46,734 bases of DNA, from positions 1-46,734 of the forward strand of contig CALSCO010000386.1 in NCBI GenBank assembly GCA_943704415.1, in the 5' to 3' direction. The notes beneath the pieces are model-generated. The model was given only the letters and a program-made list of their open reading frames with translations. It was not told the DNA's origin and made no database searches. Positions 21,600-33,510 of the stretch are shown in pieces. Made by a program: the position numbers and the translations under genes. Every line of letters starts with the position of its first letter. The first letter of the stretch is position 1. This DNA comes from Parvularia atlantis (lineage: Eukaryota).

Positions 21600-24500
21600 A
21601 TGGCGTCGGACGCGGCCGACAAGAGCGTCTTTGGCGGCGCGTTCAAGGTGCGCCCGTTGTGCGGCGTGCGGCGTGCGGCGTGCGGCGTGCGGCGTGCGGC
21701 GTGCGTCTCACGCGCCGGGTCGCGGTGCGTTGCGCGACGGGGGGTGCAGGCCGAGCGCCCGCGCGTGCGGCTTGAGATGATGCACGTGCGCATCGAGCGC
21801 GGGCGCAAGCTCAACGCGCACCTGGGCGACGTCCTCAAGCGCCGGTGCGCGCGCGGCATCCCGCCTGCCACGCGCCTCCGCAGCTCGCCTTAACGCGCGC
21901 GCACGCCACGCAGTGCCGACGTCGAGCGACACTACGCCGAGGCGATGCGCAAGCTCAGCGTCGAGATGCTCATCAGCCAGGACGAGCTGGGCACGTTCGC
22001 GCCGGTCTGGAGCGAGATCACAAAGGCGCGCGGCACAGCGCGGCACAGAGGGCACGGGCGGCTCACGCGCGGCCATGCTCAGGACATGGCCACGGTCGCG
22101 CGCATGCACTACAACTACGCCAACGCGCTGCAGGGCCAGTTCGCACCGGCCGCGGTCGAGTTTGAGAAGGACGCGCGTTGGTCCGCGGCCCATCTCGCAC
22201 AGGCTCGTCGCGGCCCCGATGCGCGCCAATCGCGCACCCGCGCTCACATGCGGCACGGCGGCAGGGTGACAAGCGCCTCGAGGAGACGCTCAAGGAGCTG
22301 GAAGAGCGCGAGGCGAAACTCGCGGCTGTGCAGGAGTCGCACCGCAGCGCGTCCGTCCTCGCCAGCACCTCGGCCAAGGACCCGAGCAAGGCCGCCGCGG
22401 TCAAGAAGGCTCGCACCAAGCTCGAGACGCTGGGTGCGCGCCTCCTGTGACCGCGCACCGCACGCTGCGCTGACGCGGACCGCGCCGTGTGCCAGAGACC
22501 AAGCTCAAGTCGTCCTTCGCCAAGTGCAAGAAGATCAGCGCCAAGTGGGACAAGGAGTCGGCCGAGATGTTCTACGTGCGTGCGGCCGCGGTCCCTGGGC
22601 GTAAACTGACGCGCATCACGCTGACGCCGCCGCGCAGTCGTACCAGCAGATGGAGGAAGACCGCATCAACCAGCTCAAGGCGGCGCTCTTTGGCGCGGCG
22701 TCGGCGCACAGCGAGGCGCTCGCTTCCGACACACAGGTACTGCGTGCTGCGTGCGCTCATGCGCTGGCCCTCTGACGCCGTGTGCGTACCCAGTCGAACC
22801 TCGCGCTGTGTGACACGATCATGAACTACGACGTGCATGCGGACCTGCAGGCCTTCGCGGCGATCAAAGACCCTGCGGCCTACTTCAACGACGGGCGGAG
22901 CCTGGCATCGCGCAGGTGTGCGATGGAGTGGCGCCCGGTGCGCCACGGTCGCTGACTCGGCGCGGGAGCTCGATCGCTGTCGCGCCTGACGCCGACGCGA
23001 GCTCGGGTGACGAGGTGCGAGGGGCGCACGAAGGTCGATGCGTAAGACTGACCGGCAAGCGTGCGTAGGGCAACGCGGCCGAAGATGGCCCGTCCACCAC
23101 GTCGGCATCGTCCACGGCCTCACCGGCTGTCGATATGCTGGCAGCGGCCGTGCCCAAGGGCGAGAAGAAGCCCAAGAAGGCGAAAGGCACGGCTGCCCAA
23201 ACGCCTGCTTGCGCCGTGGCTGACGGTACATGCTCGCAGCCGCCGCCGAGTCGCCGCAGCTCGATGCAGAGCAGGACGGCGACGCGCCACCAAAGGCCGA
23301 GAAGACTGCCAAGGCCGAAAAGACCAAGACTGACAAGGCCGAAAAGACTGACAAGGCCGAAAAGACCAAGGCCGACAAGGCCGACAAGGCCGACAAGGCC
23401 GACAAGGCCGACAAGGCCGAAAAGACCAAGGCCGACAAGGCCGACATAGTCGACGACGCCGACAAAGTCGACAAGGCCGACAAAGTCGACAAGGCCGACA
23501 AAGTCGACAAGGCCGACAAAGTCGACAAGGCCAACAAGGCTGATAAGACCGTCGCGTCGCCAGCCGTGCAAGCACAGCCGCAAGCCACGCAAGCACAGCC
23601 GCAAGCCACGCAAGCACAGCCGCAAGCCACGCAAGCACAGCCGCAAGCCACGCAAGCACTGCCGCCAGCCGCACATGCGCCGCCGCCAGCCGCTGCCGCC
23701 GCACAGCCACATGCGCCGGCCGCTGCACACCCGCCAGCGATCGCTGCTCACGCGCACGACAAGGTGCCTGTCGCCGCCGCCGCTGCCGTCGTGACGGTGG
23801 CGCCGACCAAGGGCGGCAAGGACGAGGACGGTGCGCCTGCCGCTGCCGCCTTGGCCGCCTCGCGCTCATGATCGCTGTCGCTGCAGACGACGAAGACAAG
23901 CCCGAGGCCGCGTCCAAGGGCATCAAGAAGAGCCGCAGCATCTTCCGCTCGTTCGGCTTCGGCTCCAAGGCCAAGACGTGCGTGCTGACCTTGGTGCGCG
24001 CGGCTCAGCTGATGTCGTGCTCAGCCCCAAAGCATCCATCAACGACCAGTCGTTCGAGGCCCCCGAGGGCAGCAAGCCGCAGTCGGCCGAGACGTCCACG
24101 GAACAGGCCGCCGTGTCTGGCGCGAGCTCGGTGGTGCGCACGCACGCATGTGCACGCGGGCACTGCTGACAGGACGGCCGCGTGCAGGCAAAGGACGAGG
24201 AGGGCTACACGATCCGCGAGGAGGACGATTACAACCCGTTCCGCAAGCCGGCCAAGGTGCCGCACCGCGTGCGTCGCTGCCTCGTCTGACGCCCGCCATC
24301 GCCCGCGTGTGCAGGAGAAGAAGGAGAAGAAGGACTTGGACGACTCGGACAGCGACAGCGATGACGAGGCCGCCGCCGCCGCCAGCAAGCCCAAGCTGCA
24401 GATCCGCATCAAAACGGCGGAAGAGATCGCGGCCGCGTGCGTGCTACCGTGCTACAGTGGGCCCGGGCTCACATGCAGTGCGGGTAGAGGCACGACCGCA

Positions 24501-26123
24501 GCTGCGCCCGCAGCCATCGACATCAAGAACATCCTCGGTGCCGCTGACAGCGCGCTCGCGATCAAGGCCAACAAGCGCCGGTCGCGCTTTGTCGGCGCGG
24601 GCAACGACGGCGGCGCCGACGCTGCCGAGGCAGACACGCCCATGACGGCTGAGCCCGCGCCGCCGACCGCTGCGTGCGTCTGCCCGGCGCGGCACGGACG
24701 TGTACATCGTGCTGACAAGACGCGTCGTGCGCTACAGCTCGAAATTTGCCGACTTTGCCAACTTTGTGAGCTTTGGTGACGCGCCGACCAACGGTGCCGC
24801 GGCCCCCGCCGCGGCCCCCGTCACGTTCGCGACCGACTTTGCGGCGGCCGCGTCAGGTGCGCCCCCTGGCAGCCCCGCGTGTGAAGACTGAGTGCGCAAA
24901 CGTGAGCAGAACCGGCCACGGTGCCGCAGTTTGCCACAAGCTTCAGCGACGCGCCGGCCGTGCCGCAGTTTGCGACGAGCTTCAAAGATCCTTTCGTGGC
25001 GGCCGAGCTGGTCGACGACGCTGTCGTGCGCACGGTCGAGCCGGCGGTCGTGCTCACGCCGCACATCACCGAGGTCGTCAGCGCGTATTTTGAGGGCGGC
25101 GTGCTGCAAAAGTTCCTCGTCACGGGCGAAATCGACCTCTTGAGGCACGCGTGCATGCACGGCCGGCTGTGTCTGCAGGGGGGGCTGATACGCACGAACA
25201 GGCCCACCGATAACAGCACCACGCTCACAGGGAGGATACCGCTCCGGCTGGACCAGGACGAGGTCGTGGACAAGGTGGCGCACGACGAGCGCACGGCCGG
25301 CTCCTGTGCTCACGGCGCTGCCGCAGATGGCGCCGCTGAGCGCGTGCCTCGCGCCCGGGGACGGCTCGGAGGGCGACTACGAGCTGGATTGCGACGCGCT
25401 GGCGGCCCAGCTGGCCACGACCGAGCGCGTGCCGCTGTTCAAGGTGCGCCGGCGACCTGCGTGCATGCGCCGCTGACCGCAGCCCGTGCGCACGCAGTAC
25501 CAGTACAGCCCGACCGACATGAGCGGCCTTCCCGCCGACCTTGTGCCGCTGCGGGTGCGCCGCCGCTCTCGTGCCCCGGGCGCGCGCTCACGCCGGGCGC
25601 GCGGGCAGGTCAACGTGCAGTGGAAGATGACCGACTCGCTCACGTCGCTGCTGATCATCTACGAGCGCAACCCGGACTCGCCGCTGGGTGCGGCTACGTT
25701 GCCGTGCTTGTGCGGCCGCGTGACACGATTCGCATCGCAGCCGCCTACAAGCTCACCAACGTCTCGTTCCTCGTCGCTGTCGACGGCGACGTCGGCAAGA
25801 CGCAGTCCAAGCCGGCCGGGCTCTGGAGCAAGGAGAAGTCCAAAATGCTCTGGAAGGTCGGCGACCTCGAGCCTCTGCCCGAGGGTGAGGTAGACGAGGG
25901 CGACGAGGCGGCTGTGGCTGCGGCGGCCGCGGCGGCTGGCGGGCGCATCATGGCGCGCTTCGAGGTGCACACGCCCTCCACGCCCGTCGGCGTCGCGGTC
26001 AAGTTCGACTGCCCTGAGCAGTGCCTGCTCGAGATGGACGTGGTCGAGGTGGACGTGGCAAGCGCGGTCGCGATTGGGCCGTGCGCGCGCAGCCTCACCA
26101 CGGGCAAGTACATCGGCGCGTGA
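21600..26123 (+). CDS. Muniscin (FCHo1/2-Syp1 family): F-BAR, long linker, mu-homology domain
   Basis: F-BAR-like segments [18 protein letters not shown] and [11 protein letters not shown]. Linker motifs [21 protein letters not shown]. muHD segments EVVSAYF...[39 protein letters not shown] and SLTTGKY at the C-terminus. Confidence 0.88.
21659..21705 (+). repeat. (GTGCGGC)n heptamer tandem repeat in the first FCHo intron
   Basis: About six tandem copies read directly. Confidence 0.9.
23292..23547 (+). repeat. Coding 9/18-bp tandem repeats encoding ([12 protein letters not shown])n
   Basis: AAGGCCGAC-based array within an FCHo linker exon. Confidence 0.9.
23569..23657 (+). repeat. Coding 21-bp tandem repeat encoding (QAQPQAT)4
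   Basis: Four perfect copies of CAAGCACAGCCGCAAGCCACG. Confidence 0.95.
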
Positions 26124-26290
26124 GTTTGTGCGTGTGTCTGTGCCTGTGTCGTCGGTGCGTTCCGCGTTCGCAGCAAGGTGGTATGAATCCGCGCGCTCGG
26201 CGAGCACGCGGCCGAACGCAACAAGGAAAGAAAAAAGCGGGGCAATGAAAAACAAGCACGAGAGGGGCCGCACCGGCGCCGTCAGGGCGC

Positions 26291-29200
26291 TCACGATGCC
26301 GCCGGGGCACGCGGCTCGACCTTGAGGCTCTGCTTGTACATGTTGTTGTCGTCGAGCAGGTGCGCCGTGCGGCACAGGTACTTCATCAGCTGCGGCCACT
26401 CCTTGAGCGAGTACGGCTGCGTGGCGCGTGCACGGTGAACCTCCCGCACCGAGGCGCCAGCGACCACCACTGCCGCACCGTCTGCTGGAACTGCTGGATC
26501 TCGCGGATGACCGCGCACGTCTTGTACCGCTTGTCAAAGTTGATCAGCGCCTGGTCGCCCACCTGCACCGTGTCGGCGTTGCCGTCGTCGAGGAAGACCA
26601 GGTCCGTCAGGTACAGGCCTGGGGCGGCGGCGGCATCTGCGCGCGATCGGCGCACGAGCGGCGCGCGAGCGCGCACCGAGGAAGGGCACGCAGGGCGGGT
26701 TGACCGAGTGTAGCGCCGTGCGGTACGCGGCGTGGTTGTTGTCCGACGCCGTGAGCTTCTCGAGCCTGCTCCACGTCTGCTTGACGGCGGCGTGCTGCTT
26801 GAGCTCGAGCACCTGCGTGCGCGGCCCGTGTGATCTACGATCGCACGCGGTGGACAGAAGCGCACCTCCCACGTCTTCTTCAGGCGGTGGATCGGCGACG
26901 ACGACAGACCGGCAAAGATCGCCAACACCGCGTTGAAGCTGTTGAGCTGCAGGCAGTGCTCCGCGACTTGGATCACGTGGCACAGCGTCTGCCCAGCGGC
27001 CGCGTCAGACCGGCATCGCGTACGGCGGCCCCTCGTCCGCGCACCTGCTGCCGCGCCTCGAGTGTCTCCTGTATGAGCAGCTCGGTCGCGATGAAGTACG
27101 TCAGCTGCGCGCGTTGGCGCGTAAGACGGCCGAACAGCGGCGGCGTGCGCGCGCGCGTACGTCGTTCGACCGCTTGATCAGGCCGCGGATGTTGGGCGCG
27201 CGGTCCTTGAGCGCCGCCTTGGACCACGCCTGGTTGAGGCACTCTTGCGGCTGCGAACGGGTCCAGCCGTCAAGACGCAGACACGCCAAGGCAGCCAGCG
27301 CGCGTCGCACCTGGATCGCCGAGTAGATGTGGAAGTCGAGCAGCGTCACCTGCCGTGCGATCTCGAGCGGGTGGATGTCGAGCAGGCTCGTCTTGTCGCC
27401 AAACCTGCGCGCGAGCAAACGCAGCATGAGTCTGCGGCGGTGACGGCACGCGGCCGCCGCACCACTTGTCGCTCAGCAGCGTCGCCGGCGGCTCGGCCCG
27501 GAACATGATCGTCGCCGCGTCCTTCGAGCCCTCTCCCTTGTCCTCGGCCTGAGCGCCGCCGCCGCCGGGCGTGAGCGCGGGCCACGCCCGCAACGGCAAC
27601 GCGCGCACCTGCTGCTTCTGAATCGTCTTCATCAGCAGCGCGCGCAGGTTCTCGTCCATCAGCGCCATCTGCGTGTCCAGGAACTCGACCAGCATCGCGA
27701 GCAGCGCGCCGTCGTTCTCCCTGCACGGGCCTGGGTCAGCAACACAGCACACGACACGCGCGTGCATGCACGTCGCGCACTTGAAGTCCTTCCAGTTCAG
27801 CTCAAGCCAGCTCTTGAGCACGGCCGAGACACTGCGCGGCGGCGCGGACGTTGAGCCGAGTGCGCGCACCTGCGCGCGGTGCCACACCGCATGCGGATCG
27901 GCACAATCTTCTTGATGTAGATGTACTCGATCTGCTTGTCGTTCACGTACTCATCCGGCGGCACCGAGTTGTACCTGCGTCCGGCGGTCACACACGCGAG
28001 CACGGCGCACAACATCGGGCCCGCACCGCTCGATCAGGCAGTTGAGCAGCTCTACGGGCGTCGTGAACGAGCGGTACGTCATGAGGAACGCGCGGGTGTA
28101 CTCGGGGTCTGCGGCACGCCGTAAGACGCGCCCAGTGCGCCCCAAAACGGCGCACGCACCGATGTAGCTGTGGCTGGTCAGGATGCGCACGAGGCCAAAC
28201 AGCGAGCCAGCCTTGACAATCTTGTTGCGCGCCTCGTCGCTCTCCCCGCCCGTCTTGGGCCCGTCGAGCAGGACGACGTCGTCGTTCACGTCCTCGAGAA
28301 TCTTGGGCGTGCAGTTGGTGTACCATTTCTGCCGCACGAAGCGAAGCAGCGGGTGGGCCCGCGTGCGCACAATCGGCATTCGGCCGCGCGGCGCACCTCG
28401 TAGTCAACCTCGGCCGCGTTCGCCATCCACTGCTTGCTCGACTTCTTGTGCTTCTCCTGGCGCGACTGGCGAACAAGTGTCGGCACGCCATGTGCGCGCG
28501 GCATCTGCAGCAAGGCGCACCTGCTGGATCTGCCGGCGCATGTCGAGCACCTCCTGCTGACGCTTGGCGTGGAAGCTGATGAGGAAGCGGCACATGTCTG
28601 CGCGCCTGCGGTTGGCACGCGCGCACGCAACCGGCATGGCCGCAACGCATGCGCACCGATGATCATGCGCTGGTGCTGCAGTCGCATCTGCTTCCACTTG
28701 ACCAGCTGCTCGGCCAGCTCCTTCTCCTTCACGTTGCGCTGGCTCGTCGACAGCTCGTCAAATGTCGCCAAGATGCCCTGGCGGACGGCGCGGGCTCAGC
28801 GCGGGGTCTCACACGTGATGCGCAAAAGCTCACCTTGACCGACATGGCCACGGCGTGCGCTGCCGCCTTGATGTCCTCGGCGACCGAAGGTGGTGGCCAG
28901 ACGCCACCGGCGATGGTCGCTGCGTGTACCGTGAGCAAGGCAGCGACATTGAGCACGGCGCAGGCTGAGCACGCGCACCGAGCAAGCGCAGCTTGGACAC
29001 GTTCTCGTGCATCGTCGTGAGGCACTGGTTCAGCTCGACCTTGAGCGGGCTGATCGCGTCGGCATCGTCCGTCGGCGGCTGGGGTGCGTCACGCGCGTTG
29101 AGTGCCTTCTCGCGTGCACGCACGGCCGCATGCGCACCATCGTCAGGCGTTTGCTCGCGCCCGTCGGGTTGCCGGTGAGGAAGCCAGAGCCCTGGCCGGG

Positions 29201-32200
29201 CAGGCGCGCGATCGACTGTGGCCGTGCGGCCTGCGGCGACGACGGGCTTGCCGCGACCGATGCGCGCTTGCTGTCAAACGGCGAGACGGACTGTGACAAG
29301 CACGGGTCAGCCGCGAGCACCGCCGCACCACAAGCGGCAGCCGCACCTGGCTGGCCTTGTCGAACGGCGACACGGCCTTTGGCTTGGCGAAAGGCGAGAC
29401 CGGCTGCGCGTCTGCAGTGAGCCACCGCGCACTCGTGCCCAGGTGTCGCCGCGCACCTGCCCGCTCGTCGGCGTCGTGTCCACGCCTGCCTCAGCCGCCG
29501 CCAGCTCGTCCATGGCCTGCGAGCCCACGGCGATCAGCTGCTTGGTGACGGTGATGATGGCCGTGCAGGCCGAGCGGAGCTCCGCAATGGCGTCCTGCGG
29601 AAACGGCAACGGTCAGGGCCGCGCCCGCCCCGCAAGTGTCACGCACGTCTGACGGCATCAGGCCCGCGGTGTCGCGCGCCGCGACCTGGAACCGGTTCGA
29701 CGTCGACACAAGCGTCGTGCTCCACTTCTTGATGTTCTTTTTGGTCGCGCTGGACGGCTCGAGCTGGTCGCTGATCGTCGAGGCGATGTCGCCGAGCTTC
29801 TTAAAGTCCTCCATCGCCTTGTCGACGGCTGCGAGCGCGATGCCGACGGCGGTCAGACGCTAGCTCGCCATGCCACGCGCTCGCACCCTTGCGCCGGTCG
29901 GCCGGCACAATCGACTGGGTCTCGCCCGGCCTGGGCAGGATCGCGCTCATCTGAGCGGCGATGTCCTTGAGCAAATTGTTCATCATCGTCACGGGGTCCT
30001 CGGTCTGCGCGGCGGCTCAGCCCACACGTGTTCCAGCTGACGCGGCGGCGGCGCGCACCATGTCGACGTCGCCCTTGCGCGAGATCAGGTCCGAGCCGTC
30101 CGAGTGGATCTCCTCAAAGCTGCACCGCAGAGCGCGCGTCAGCAAGACGGTCGCCGGCACGCGAAGGCGCAGCGAGCGCACCGCTGGATGCCAGAGATGC
30201 CCTGGCTGCTTAGCTCAAAGACGACCTTGTTGCCGATCTTGGCGGCCGACTCCTTCACCTGCAATGCCACGCGTCTCGGCGACACAAGCGAGGCCGGGCA
30301 TCCGCGAGGCGCACCTTGTCGGCCAGGGCGATGTACTCGGCCTTGCGCTCGACCGTCACGGCGCTGATGAAGCTCTTGATGGACGTGATGATGTCCTTGA
30401 CGAGGTTCTGATGCGCAGGCGCGCGCACGGGTCACACGGCTGCCTCGGACAGGACTGGCCGCGCACCTGCACGGGCTCGCTCTCCGAGTGCTGGTCGGCC
30501 GAGTCCGGCACGGACCGCTCGCTCGCGTTCTGCGTCGTGGATGCCTCGGCGATAATGCTGTTGACTGCACACGTCATGGCGGGTCAGCGCGGCGAGCTCG
30601 GGCGCGCGACACGCACCGGTGGCGTCGAGCGCCTGCTGCAGCTTCTTCACTTTGGGCAGGCCCTCGCGCAGCTGCCCGCGCAGCACGGCCCCCTTGTCGT
30701 CGCGGCTGCGCGCAAAGATCTCAAACAGCTCTTGCAGGCTCGTGGTCATGCTGCCCAGCATCTCGTTGGTCGCGTTGTTGGTCGCCGCAGACGCGACCTG
30801 TGAGCGCGCGCCGTGTGAGCAAGGCCGTCGCGCAAGCGAGGCAGTCGCACCATCTGCTTGCCCTGCATGACGGCCTCGACGATCTGCAGCGACGACATGA
30901 ACACCATGATGCCCGCGCGGAAGACGTAGAACTGGTCGTCGACGTCGCTGAATGCCGTGCGCAGCGCCTCGCTCGACTTGGCGTAGAACCCTTGCGACTG
31001 CGGCGCGCGCTCGCGTCAGCTGTGCTGCGTGCGCTCATCTGCGCGTCCGCACTTGTGTCAGCGTCTTGCGCGGCTCGAGGATCGTCAGGCGCTTGGTCTG
31101 CTGCTCCATGAGCGCGCCCAGGTCCATCTGCACGGCGCGCGTCGTCAGCGTGCTGGTGCGAGCGGAAATGCGAGTGCACACCCCGTCAGTCGTCTGCATG
31201 AGCGAGCTGATAACGGGCGTGGCGGCAAACGACAGCTCCTTGGTCGCGCGCAGCACGTCCGTGCCGATGCTGCCCGTGCGTGTGTCAGGCCGCATGCCAC
31301 ATGACAGTGCTGCTGCGCGACGCACCTGAGCATCTGCACGACCGCGGCTGGGTTGAGGTAGTTTGGGTTCGACTGGCGTAACCTGATGTCGCTCTCGGTG
31401 TACGCTACAAGCGCCGACGGGCGTGAACGATGCGCGCGCGCGTGCACTCGTGCAGACCCACGCACCCTTGAAAATCGAGTCCATGAGCGTACGCACGTGC
31501 TGCGTGGCCTGCATCGAGCAGTGCTGCAGCCAGCGCACGTCCTTCTGGTGGTGGATGCGCTGCGCGACCGAGTCCGACACGCCGACCGCCTGGCGCAGCG
31601 CAGTCAGTGACCGTGCGCCCCATATATGCTGCTCGCGTACGCACCTGGCTCACGGACAGCACCGAGCCAACCAGGCCCTCGAGGATCCAGCTCGCGACGG
31701 GCGGCGACGAGTACGAGATGATGTGGCTCGACGATTGCACGACTGCGGCGACGCGTCAAGCCTGCGCCGCAGCATCACCGCCACGGGCACGCACTGGCGG
31801 CAAACAGGCGCGGCATGAACGACTTGGACACAGAGCTGCTGAGCTCGCGCTGGCGCAGGCGCGACACGGTGTTGTCGGCCTGGACGCGGTTCGGTGAGCG
31901 GGCGGTGGCGCGGACGGCTGGCAGAGCGCACCTCGTCCTCCTGCATGATCAGCACGCTCGACATCGGGAAGGTGCCCACGCGGTTGTTGCAGCGGCCGCG
32001 GTACGAGACTGCGGAAGCCGTGCGCGTCAGCGCCCCTCGCAGGCGCCGGTGGCGCGCGACGCACTGGCCATGGCCTTCTCTTCGATCAGCACAATGTCGC
32101 CGACGGCCAGCTTGAGCGTGTCGAACTCGCGCTCGCCCGGCTGCACCGCCTGCGTCACGCGGCCGTACATCGGTCGCGTCGACTCCCAATTCTGCCGCGC

Positions 32201-32890
32201 CCGGGTCCGTCACATGCTGTGTGTGCACACCGCGGGGTGCCGCGCACGCACCGCGACCATCCTGTCCGGGTCGAGCTCGGTCTGGTTGAACGCGTTGGCC
32301 CTGCGCAGGTAGAGCATGACGCGCTCGTGCGTGATGCGGTCGGCCGACAGCGTGTCTGCCGCCCGGGTCCGTCGGTGGCGCCGACGCTGGCGCACGCGCG
32401 CGCGCACCGCTCGACAGGTACTTCTCGCGCTCGAGCAGGCACGCGAGCACCTCGCGCACGGCGACCTTGCGCACGTGCATGTCGCTGAGGAACACGCCGG
32501 CTGGTTGCGCGCAGGTCAGGGCATCGCCGTGGCGCGCGCGCGGGCGCTGGCACGGGCGCTGGCACGCACTTAGCCGCTTGACCATGCGCTGGTACACGTC
32601 CGACACGACGAAGCGCTTCCAAATGTCCTTCATCAGCGCGAGGCACGCGCGGTACGCGCCGTCAAAGAGCGACTGCAGCGCCTCGTCGCTCGAGTCGGCA
32701 TCGGGCGCGAGCACGGCTGCCAGCCCCCGGGGGTCAGCATCGGCGGCGCCGGCGGCACGTCGCGCACCCTCGACGGCCGAGCGCACGCCGGCGATGATGT
32801 TGATCTGCAGCGGCGCCGTGCTTGCGACGTACGTCTCGTAGATCTTTGACGGCGGCACGGGCGCGCGTGCGTGCGTGCGTGTGGTCAGGG

Positions 32891-32926
<36 letters not shown>

Positions 32927-33373
32927 TACCTGCGTGGCCACCTCGCGCCACTTGGCCGCGTCGGTCTTGGAGACGATCTCGCGCTTGTAGTGGTCGACCT
33001 CGAGGTAGAACAGCTGTTTGCGGCGGCGGCCCCGTGCCTGAGCGCCCAGCCGCGCCACGGGGGGAAAGGCGCGCACCAGGTTCTCGACCGAGAGCTCGTT
33101 CAGGCTGAAGCGGAGGAAGTAGCACACGGGCACGGTGCTGCGCAGCGCGCTGCTCAGGCCGCGCTCCTGGATGGCCGTGACCGGGTCGACCTCGACCAGC
33201 AGCCCGTCCAGCTCCGACACACGCTCGACGACCTGCGCGCCCGCGCGCGCGCGTGAGCTGCCGCGCCTTCCCGCCACCACGCCGCGCCGCGCCACCTTGA
33301 GCGCCGCGTTCTTGTCGAACCAGTCCTCGTTGTCCTGGCCCGCCGTCACGTAGGCGCTCGTCAGGGCGTCCAT
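26291..33373 (-). CDS. Ras guanine-nucleotide exchange factor with N-terminal RGS and SH3-like domains (RGS-SH3-helical-REM-CDC25)
   Basis: RGS: FLRFSLNELSVENLLFYLEV...IYETYV...APLQINI...LFDGA...WKRF. SH3-like: LKLAVGDIVLIEEK...YRGRCNNRVGTFP. AGGVWPPP motif. REM: VKAGSLFGLV, AFLMTYRSFTTP, RVSAVLKSW. CDC25: HPLEIARQVTL, LNSFNAVLAIFAGLSSSPIHRLKKTW, PCVPFLGLYLTDL, INFDKR. Confidence 0.88.
32864..32927. repeat. (GCGT)n tetranucleotide repeat inside a RasGEF intron
   Basis: Direct reading; on the minus strand it runs from the donor as GTACGCACGCACGC... Confidence 0.9.
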
Positions 33374-33510
33374 GGTCGGGCCGGGCGACAACACGGTCTG
33401 CGACGCGCCGCCGCGCAAATTGACTTCCAATGCACAACCGTTGCGTGTATGACAATACAGACTGCGACTCGCCAGAGTGCCAATGTCCTTCCTTGTACAG
33501 CACATACATC

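Noticed and set aside
23292..23657. Possible CRISPR-like array
   Set aside because: Head-to-tail coding repeats without unique spacers, in a eukaryotic context with no cas genes.
23869..23871. Apparent premature stop splitting the FCHo gene
   Set aside because: It lies inside a canonical GT-AG intron (~23832-23886), and splicing restores the frame.
22572..23974. Minus-strand ORFs with (ACGCACV)n, (GLV)n and (PCRLCR)n repeats resembling metallothionein or membrane proteins
   Set aside because: They are reverse-complement translations of the KAD and QAQPQAT repeats in the FCHo exon.
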